Shown piece after piece: positions 52,811 through 64,000 of a stretch of DNA of 64,000 nt. The stretch covers positions 412,734,001 through 412,798,000 of the forward strand of contig OZ024741.1 of the NCBI GenBank assembly GCA_964016885.1, written 5' to 3'. The notes below the pieces were generated by a model. It worked only from the letters and a program-made list of their open reading frames with translations, was not told where the DNA came from and did no database searches. The position numbers were made by a program, and so were the translations under genes. Each line of letters starts with the position of its first letter. Position 1 is the first letter of the stretch. The DNA comes from Eledone cirrhosa. Taxonomy: Eukaryota.

Positions 52811-54580
52811 TCATCATCATCATCATCATCATCAGGTTTAGCGTCCGTGTTCCACGCTTGCATGGGTTTGGACGGGGGTTTTCCCACTTGAGGCAAGAGT
52901 GGTTGTCTTGCTCGCATAGGACTGTCTGGCGGGTTTTCTACAGTTGGATGCCCTTCCTAACACCAACCACATTTACAGTGTGGGGCTGGGAGGTTTTTAC
53001 CGTGTTGCCTACACGGCCACATTACAGCGTGGACTGTCTGGCGGGTTTTCTACAGCTGGATGCCCTTCCTAACACCAACCACATTTACAGTGTAGGGCTG
53101 GGAGGTTTTTACCGTGTTGCCTACACGGCCACATTTACAGCGTGGACTGTGTGTTTTTTGTCGTGACACCTACACGATCTCATTTGTTTCGGCCTGGATG
53201 TTGTGGGACCAACATAACTTTACATTGAAAGGGGCGGTGTGGGTGGGGTGGAGGTGGTGGGACGGGGGTGTGTTTTGATAGAGGTGCCTACTGACTGTAG
53301 TAGGTTTTTACTTTGTATTTAGGTAAGGCGGGTCTTCTCTATTACTGAGTACCGCCAAAGGTCTCGGTCCAGTGACATTGTCTTGGAGAGGTGTAAGCGT
53401 GTGAGGTCGGAATTTATCAGCTCGTCCCATGTTTTTCTGGGTCTGCCTACTCCATGGCTACCGTCTATCTTTATTGCCCTGCACTTTGTTATACAGCTGT
53501 CGTCTTTCATGCGCATCACGTGACCGTACCAACGTAGCCTTCTCTCGAGTAAACAACATCTGATCCCTCTTATTTCTAATTTTTTCCTTAGTTCGTTTAT
53601 GCTTTGCCGTTCACGTATATTACTATTGCACATCCAGCGGAGCATGCAAGCTTCGTTCCTCTCTAGTCTGCGTATATCCTCTGCACACAATGCCCAGGTC
53701 TCACTGCCATGCAGCATTGCTGTTCGTATGCAGGCATCGTATAACCTGCCTTTTATTTTTAGGGAGAACCCTCTAGCGGCTAATAGTGGTATAAGCTCTC
53801 TGAACTTTTTCCTTTCAGAGCACCCTCCCCCACTGCTGATTTTGTCACCCAGATAACGGAAGCTGTCCACTATTTCTATAGAACCCTCTGCGCAGTTGAA
53901 GGAGCTAGTATTTTGAGGGCACTTGCTGCTACTTATTGCACCAGAGCACCGGCCACATGTAAAATCTATGTTCTTAGTTAGCTTACCTGTGATCCCACTA
54001 CATCTTTTATGCACCCATACTTTGCATTTGGGACATAAAATGGAGTTTCTACCTACGCCTTTCCTACACACTGAGCATGGCCATTTCCCCGATGGGACCG
54101 CCGCCTTATTTTCTTTCCTACAAACTAGAACTTTAGTCTTAGCCAGGTTAATTTTAAGGCCTTTTGATTCTAGGCCGTGCTTCCACGTTTGGAATTTCTT
54201 CTCTAGTTCGGTCATTGATTCAGCTATGAGCGTTAGATCATCTGCGTATAGGAGTATCCATGGGCAGCCGGTCTTGAACTCCTCTGTTATAGCCTGAAGG
54301 GCAATAATAAATAGTAGGGGGCTAAGTACAGAGCCCTGATGGACACCAACTTTTACGCTAAACTCTTCACTATATTCGTTGTTAATTCTAACCTTACTGA
54401 CTGTTTCTTTATACATGGCTTGTATAGCTCTCACAAGCCATTCGTCGACACCTAGTTTTCTAAGAGCCCACCAGATAATGGAACGGGGGACTCTGTCGAA
54501 GGCTTTCTCCAAGTCGACAAAAGCTAAGTATAGGGGTTTACTTTTAGCTAGGTACTTCTCCTGTAGTTGTCGTACAATGA
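52811..54580 (-). mobile_element. 5'-truncated RTE LINE (PHD family) with 3'UTR and (TGA)n tail
   Basis: RT C-terminal half nearly identical to the 28-31 kb copy; stop at 53319; the 3'UTR has a ~113-bp tandem duplication and ends GTGGAACACGGACGCTAAACC(TGA)n. Confidence 0.95.
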
Positions 54581-54796
54581 AATATATAAGTATATATATA
54601 TAAATATATAAGTATATATATATATATATATATGTATATGTATATATATATATATGTGTGTGTGTATATATGTGTGTATGTAATTGTGTATATATGTATG
54701 TATGTGTATGTGTGTGTGTATATGTGTATGTATATATGTGTGTGTGTGTGTGTATATGTATATATATATATATGTGTATATATATATATATGTATA

Positions 54797-54865
<69 letters not shown>

Positions 54866-54869
<4 letters not shown>

Positions 54870-55063
54870 CGAAGGAAATGTGGTAAGGAACCAGGTGGAC
54901 CATAACGCACCAAAGTACTCGATACTTGAGGTAGTAGAGTGGGTAATAGGAACCAGTAAGACCCCGACAGCTGAGCTCAAGCCGTTTCGACGGCTAATTC
55001 TATGTATGTGTGTATTAGCCGTCGAAACGGCTTGAGCTCAGCTGTCTGGGTCTTACTGGTTCC

Positions 55064-55066
<3 letters not shown>
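54866..55066. mobile_element. PLE pLTR fragment with 53-bp inverted repeat (54946-54998 / 55014-55066) carrying hammerhead 3' halves
   Basis: GCCGTC GAAACGGC ttgagctca GCTGT C GGGG: GAAA, stem III, GUC triplet; the CUGANGA half is absent. Confidence 0.75.
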
Positions 55067-55094
<28 letters not shown>

Positions 55095-55184
55095 ATATAT
55101 GTGTATATATATGTATATATATATATATATGTATATATATGTGTGTGTATGTATATATATATGAATGTATGTATGAATGGTGTA

Positions 55185-55223
<39 letters not shown>

Positions 55224-55380
55224 TTATATATGTATATATATATGTATATATGTATGTATGGTGCTCTTTCCTTATAAATGTGTGTGTGTATATATATGTA
55301 TATATATATATATATATATGTGTATGTATGTGTGTGTGTGTGTATGTATATGTATATATTTGTTTATGTATGTATATGTA

Positions 55381-55424
<44 letters not shown>

Positions 55425-55428
<4 letters not shown>

Positions 55429-55507
55429 CATAGTTAAAAGAATAGAGGTGTAACACACAAGTTATGAACAACTGTGAACAATTTGTCAGCATTTTCTATT
55501 CCGTTTA

Positions 55508-55515
<8 letters not shown>
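55425..55515. mobile_element. Rearranged mini-copy of the 52.5-kb pLTR end
   Basis: 55425-55465 is the reverse complement of about 52523-52563; 55469-55515 is a direct copy of about 52474-52520. Confidence 0.8.
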
Positions 55516-55560
<45 letters not shown>

Positions 55561-55608
55561 ATGTGTGTGTATATGTATATATATGTGTGTGTATGTGTTT
55601 TTTACATT

Positions 55609-55691
<83 letters not shown>

Positions 55692-55862
55692 ATATGTGTG
55701 TCTGTGTATATATATGTATATATATCTATGTGTATTTGTGTGTATATGTATACACATGTATATTTGTGTTTGTATGTATGTGTGTGAGTGTATTTATATA
55801 TGTATATATATGTGTGTGTGTGTGTGTATATATATATGTATGTGTGTGTGTATGTATATATA

Positions 55863-55913
<51 letters not shown>

Positions 55914-55914
55914 T

Positions 55915-56140
55915 TACTCAGTTTACTCAGCTGTAGAAATGAGATGATAGGGACTGGTGTCCCTATAATTCCACTGCAAAGTGGTCGTGGAGGTGCCATG
56001 GCAAAAAAGCACCCAGCACTCACTGTAAATGGTGTTAGGAAGGGCATCCAGCTGTAGAAATCAAGCCAAAAGTCAGTTACCGTCCCACCCTTGCAAGCAG
56101 GGAAAAAGCGGACGTAAAATGAAATGAAATGATGATGATG
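55915..56140 (+). mobile_element. 5'-truncated SINE with RTE-derived tail
   Basis: CORE-like CTCAGTTTACTCAGCTGTAGAAATGAG; AGGAAGGGCATCCAGCTGTAGAAA shared with the RTE 3'UTR at 53 kb; tail TCCCACCCTTGCAAGCAGGGAAAA(A)GCGGACGTAAAATGA shared with the LINE at 57.8 kb. Confidence 0.75.
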
Positions 56141-56713
56141 TGTGTATGTATATGTATGTATATAAATATATTTATATATATGTGTGTGTGCTTTTATGTG
56201 TGTATAGGTGTATGTGTATGTGTGTTTATGGTTGTGCGTGAGTGTGTGAGTGAGTATGTTTTTTTGTGAATGTGTCTGTTGATTTTTGGCATATAGTTGA
56301 TTAGTCTAAGAGAAGTTTGAAGATAATTGTAAGATATGCACTCAGTATTTTGAATCTGTCTACAGAATTCTCTAAACCTTTGTCACTTAGTAGAACCTTA
56401 ATGATTTTAGCTTTTAAAGAATCTCCCTTTTCTTTAATTCTATCGACCATGACTGACCCCCCACTGATCTTATAGACATCTGTTAGCTTAAGAGAAACTT
56501 AATGACAAGGAATGGTATGCCATCCGGAACCTGTTTATAGAATTCTGTCTGCCCTTGTTACTAAAAACATAAATAAATAAAAATAAACTATAGCTTTGTA
56601 GAATTAGCTTTTAATGAATTTTCTATCAACCAATGACCTACACCCATCCCACTCCCCACCCTCTCCTACCACTTGTAGAGACCTATAAATACCATTTTTA
56701 TTTTTTGATACCC

Positions 56714-56764
56714 AGATTCCTGATGATTTCTAAAGAATGAAACAGTTCTAGTCCTGTAGAATCT
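56714..56764 (+). ncRNA. Type I hammerhead ribozyme, canonical core, in a pLTR ending about 56850
   Basis: Same sequence as 45778-45828. Confidence 0.8.
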
Positions 56765-56847
56765 CATCTTTATTAAAACTTTTATACTCTGCTATGTATT
56801 GAGTACCTTACTTACTGTGGTTACCTCCGATTCAACCCGGAATAACG

Positions 56848-56943
<96 letters not shown>

Positions 56944-57026
56944 TTCACATATATATATATATATACACACATATATATATATATACACACATATATATAT
57001 ACACATATATATATATATATATATAC

Positions 57027-57057
<31 letters not shown>

Positions 57058-57061
57058 CATT

Positions 57062-57139
<78 letters not shown>

Positions 57140-57323
57140 CATATATATACATATATTTATACATATATATATACATATATATACATATATATATATTATT
57201 AAGGATACTATTTATGGTTATGTATATACTAAAACCTTTTATAGTTAAATATATTTTAAACCCTAAATAGTGAAAGACAGTCATTTATTACTACCTTATT
57301 ACCAGTAAGATAAATAGCTCACA

Positions 57324-57712
57324 ACTCTAAAACAATAGCATAGGGTCTTCGAAATGCTTTTAATTAAGCATACAGTGTATTGCAAAATACACTATATATA
57401 CATTCATATATATATAGCTATTTCAGAGCACCAATTCTAATTTTCAATTTCTGCTTGACCGGCAACCGCTCTGTATAATCAGTTCCTGATTATTTACTAG
57501 AATTCTATAAGAAACAAACATCCATGATATTAGCAAACAGGAGGAGTAGTTGGCTTTGATAAGCAACAATATATGCGAAATAAGTCCTCGTCAGCTTTAT
57601 CTCCCCCTGTTTGCTGAAAATTAAAGTAAGTGAGTCTGTCACTACTCCAAAACAATAGCATAAGGTCTTCAAAATGCTTTTAATTAAAAATACAGTTTAT
57701 TGCAAAATACAC

Positions 57713-57720
<8 letters not shown>
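57324..57720. repeat. Unit with ~75-bp direct repeats about 320 bp apart
   Basis: ACTC(T/C)AAAACAATAGCATA.GGTCTTC.AAATGCTTTTAATTAA..ATACAGT.TATTGCAAAATACACTATATATA at 57324 and 57644. Confidence 0.75.
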
Positions 57721-57746
<26 letters not shown>

Positions 57747-57752
57747 CATATA

Positions 57753-58777
57753 TCATCATCATCATCATCATCATTTTACGTCCGCTTTTCCCTGCTTGCA
57801 AGGGTGGGATGGGTCTTATTCAGCACAGCATCTCTCCACTTGTCACGGTCCCTCGTCATCTCCACCGTGAGCTTCAATGATCTGAGGTCTGTTCTCACCA
57901 CCTCCGCCCATGTTTTTCGTGGTCTACCTCTACCACGTCTTCCTTCAACTGGCATTTCCTGGCACTTCTTCACCCATCGGTCATCCTCCATGCGCATCAC
58001 ATGTCCATACACCTCAGTCTCCTCTCCCGTACACTACATTCTATCCCTCTCAGACACAGTTTCTCTCTCAACACATTTATGCTGGGTCGTTCACGCACAT
58101 TTACACTGCACATCCAACGGAGCATGCTTGCCTCATTTCTCTCCAGCTGTCGCATATCTTCTGCGGTAGCTGCCCATGTCTCACTACCATGCAGCATCGC
58201 GCTCCTCACACAGGCATCATACAACCGGCCTTTCGTACGCAGGGAGAAACCCTTCTTCGTCAACAGAGGAAGCAGCTCCCTAAACTTCTTCCAACCCGTC
58301 CTTATTCTAGATACTATGGCCTCGGAACACCCTCCTCCCATGCTAATCTGATCTCCTAGGTACCGGAAGCTATCCACCACTTCTATAGCGCCCTCTCGCA
58401 TTTGAAAAATGTGTCTATCAGTGCGACTTCTACTGTCTAATTTCCCTGTACATCTACTGCATACATAGTTCTCCCTACCTGTTAGTTTGCCTGCTATCCC
58501 GCTACATCTCTTGTGTACCCAGGACCTACATTGTGTGCATTTTATAGAATTTATGCCAGTTCCTTTTCTGCATATCGAACATGGCCATTTCCCTGACGGA
58601 ATCAGGGTTTTGTCCTCTTTTCTACTCATCAACACTTTTGTCTTAGCTAGATTTACTCTCAGTCCTCTTGCTTCCAACTGCTGTTTCCATAGCCGGAATT
58701 TATTCTCTAGCTCCTCTACTGATTCTGCCATAAGAGCCAGATCGTCAGCATAGAGAAGTTCCCATGGACAGCCAGTC
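57753..58777 (-). mobile_element. 5'-truncated RTE LINE, second PHD-bearing subfamily, (TGA)n tail
   Basis: [52 protein letters not shown]; one frameshift near 58010. Confidence 0.93.
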
Positions 58778-60146
<1,369 letters not shown>

Positions 60147-62460
60147 CCAGCCTTAACTTCTACGGGGCTGACTGGAAGAAGATTAAGAGTGAAATCCGGA
60201 AGCAAACATGGAGTGCAAACATCGCCACACAAGACACTAACACACAATTTCAACACTTCATGACAACGATACACACCATATGCAAAAAGTGTGTCCCGGA
60301 GAAAGAGGCAAACAGACACAAAAATCTTATTCCCAGAGATAGGAAAATCCTTATGAGGCGTAGAACTAAACTCTCAAACCAGTTGAATAGTCAACAAAAC
60401 CAAAACAAGAAGGAATCCTATTTGAAACGTGCACTACTTGACACCGAGATTGCACTCAAGCTTTCACATGAGAATGAGAGGGCAAGGAAAGAGAACAGGG
60501 CCATAGAAAACATTAAAACAAACCCTAAGGCCTTCTTTAAATTTGCAAAAGAAACTGCCTCAGTACACTGCAAGATTGGACCACTCTTCCACACGGACGG
60601 TTCATTAACCGAAAATCCCCAAGAGATATGTGAAATACTGAACGAACAGTACAAAAGTGTCTTCACATGTCCACTGAGGCACATGCAAATAACGAAGCCA
60701 GAGGAGTTCTTTGATGCCACAACACTACATCAAGAAATGGCAACCATCAACCACATAGACATAACGGAGGAGGATGTGGTGTACGCCATTGATGAAATTA
60801 GAACAGACTCGGCTGCTGGACCTGATGGATTCCCAGCAGTTCTCCTAAAAATATGTAAGCGGGCCTTAGCAACTCCACTGAAGATGCTCTTTAGAAGCTC
60901 CTTGGCTAGCGGTGTACTACCCAGGGAGCTGAAAGAAGGCACAATATGCCCTATCCATAAAGGAGGTAGTAGAGCGGAGGCCAAGAACTATAGGCCAGTC
61001 TCCCTGACGTCGCATATCAGTAAGGTCATGGAGCGAGTCATCAGAAAGAAACTAATCACTTTCCTCGAAGAAAATGACCGCCTGACTAGCACGCAACATG
61101 GCTTCCGCCCAGGAAGAAGCTGCCTTACACAGCTGCTACATCACTACGACTGGGTACTGAGACAACTACTAGACAGCTCACATGTAGACGTGATATATCT
61201 TGACTTTGCGAAGGCCTTTGACAAGGTCGACCACGGAATGATATGTCACAAACTACACGGACTCGGCATAACTGGAAAAGTAGGTGAGTGGCTGCATGGC
61301 TTCCTAAGGGACAGAAGCCAGGCAGTCGCAGCAAATGGGGCCCTCTCGAGGGAAACACCGATAACAAGTGGGGTGCCTCAGGGGACAGTCCTGGGACCAC
61401 TACTGTTTTTGGTGGCTCTCTCGGACATGCCCTCTGTGGTGCATGCAACAACATCCCTCACTAGCTATGCTGATGACACTAAGGTAGCACAGGCAATCAA
61501 AAACCCGGCTGACGCTGCCCTCTTACAGCAGGATCTGGATGCCATATACAGATGGGCGGAAGAAAACAACATGCAGTTTAATGCTGGCAAATTCCAAGCC
61601 CTACAATACAAACCTGCAAACACAAACACAAATATAGCGGAACACAGCTACACAGGACCAGGAGGGACCGATATCCCCGTGTCAAAATCGATACGAGACC
61701 TGGGCATAGACATGAGCGATGATGCATCTTTTTCTTCACACATCATGAAGGTGGCGACAGCATGTAGACGATTCGCTGGCTGGATCTTGAGGACTTTCCT
61801 TACAAGAGATCGAGACACCATGTTGACACTGTGGAGGACTTTTGTCCTAAGCCGCCTGGACTACTGCTCCCAGCTGTGGTCACCCCATAGTGTCAAACTA
61901 ACCACAGAGCTTGAAGCAATCCAGCGAAGCTACACCAAGAGGATTGCCAAGATGAGGGAGACAAGCTACTGGGAGAGGCTGAAGGAACTGAACCTCTACT
62001 CCTTGGAGCGAAGACGGGAGAGATACGCAGTGATCTACATGTAGAAAATCCTGGAGGGACTAGCACCAAACTTTGGCATTGGGATCTGAACCAACCGTCG
62101 AACAGGACGTCACTGTGTGGTGCCAAAGGTCCCGTCTTCCACATCTAGAATAAGGAGCAGGTATTGCAATAGCCTGGGATTCAAGGGCCCTCAACTCTTC
62201 AACAGGCTGCCGAGGCATCTGCGAGACTTGCATGACGTGGAGGTGGATGTCTTTAAGAAACATCTCGACACCTTGTTATCCAGGATCCCGGATGAGCCCA
62301 CAGCAAGACACGAGGGAAACCTAAGGGCAGCAGCAACAAACTCCCTCCTACACCAGTGGCCAACCTATACAGGCTGGAGATAAGATGTGTAGCAACAAGG
62401 GCGGTGCCCCAGCATGGCCTCAGCCGGATGGCTGAAACAGGTAAAAGAGTAAAAGAGTAA
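60147..62460 (+). mobile_element. 5'-truncated CR1-group LINE (RT and 3' tail)
   Basis: [67 protein letters not shown]; premature TAG at 62042; tail GGCGGTGCCCCAGCATGGCC..TGAAACAG(GTAAAAGA)n. Confidence 0.92.
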
Positions 62461-62486
62461 TATGTATATATATATATATATGTATG

Positions 62487-62517
<31 letters not shown>

Positions 62518-62540
62518 GTATGTATATATATATATGTATG

Positions 62541-62571
<31 letters not shown>

Positions 62572-62607
62572 GTATGTATATATATATATGTATGTATATA
62601 TATATGT

Positions 62608-62690
62608 ATCATCATCATCATCAGGTTTAGCGTCGTGTTCCACGGGCCCTTCAGTTGCATTTTCGATTTCATCCCTTTTTCTTTATATAT
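62608..62690. mobile_element. Fused micro-fragments: RTE tail (minus) plus PLE pLTR end (plus)
   Basis: (TCA)nGGTTTAGCGTCGTGTTCCACG as at 52811-52855, joined to CTTCAGTTGCATTTTCGATTTCATCCCTTTTTCTTTATA as at 44154-44192. Confidence 0.75.
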
Positions 62691-62707
62691 ATATATATAT
62701 ATATATA

Positions 62708-63342
62708 TCATCATCATCATCATCATCAACGTTTAACGTCCGTGTTCCACGCTTGCATGGGTTTGGACGGGGGTAGTCCCACTTGAAGCAAGAGTGATTG
62801 TCTTGCTCGCATAGGACTGTCTGGCAGGTTTTCTACAGTTGGATGCCCTTCCTAACACCAACCACATTTACAGTGTGGGTCTGGGAGGTTTTTACCGTGT
62901 TGCCTACACGGCCACATTACAGCGTGGACTGTGTGTTTTTTTGTCGTGACACTTACACGATCTCATTTGTTTCGGCCTGGATGGCGCGGCACCAACATAA
63001 CTTTACATAGAACGGGGTGGTGTGGATGGGGTGGGGGAGGTGGCGGGACGGGGTGTATTTTGTTAGAGATGCCTACTGGCAAGGCGGGTCTTCTCTGTTA
63101 CTGAGTACCGCCAAAGGTCTCGGTCCAGTGACATTGTCTTGGAGAGGTGTAAGTGTGTGAGGTCGGAGTTTATCAGCTCATCCCATGTTTTTCTAGGTCT
63201 GCCTATTCCGTGGCTACCGTCTATCTTTATTGCCCTGCACTTTGTTATACAGCTATCGACTTTCATGCGCATCACGTGTCCATACCAACGCAGCCTTCTC
63301 TCGAGTAAACAACATCTGATCCCTCTTATCTCTAATTTTTTC
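62708..63342 (-). mobile_element. Short 5'-truncated RTE LINE (PHD family) 3' end
   Basis: [28 protein letters not shown] plus 3'UTR without the duplication seen at 53 kb; (TGA)n tail. Confidence 0.93.

Positions 63343-64000
<658 letters not shown>

Overview
Eukaryotic, repeat-saturated window with no recognisable host gene; the SINE/LINE tails and dense (TA)n/(CA)n tracts suggest an octopus or other coleoid cephalopod (inference). Positions 1-23130 are an uninterrupted 45-bp satellite with kb-scale higher-order repeats. Its right edge runs into a tRNA B-box, indicating that the monomer was amplified from inside a tRNA-derived CORE-type SINE. Positions 23160-64000 are nested retroelements in TA microsatellites: RTE LINEs (one family with a PHD finger inside the RT, one with three C-terminal C2H2 fingers), a CR1-group LINE, a SINE sharing an RTE tail, and many Penelope-like element (PLE) pieces. 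Main findings: (i) two divergent RT+GIY-YIG PLEs both have an upstream ORF overlapping the RT ORF in the -1 frame, with an in-phase U_UUU_UUA slippery heptamer (candidate gag-pol-like frameshift); (ii) about a dozen type I hammerhead ribozyme motifs from several families, some canonical and some core variants, mostly in head-to-head palindromes; (iii) a candidate HDV-like fold at the 5' end of a bipartite RTE derivative. All structures were read by eye; no alignment or database search was run.
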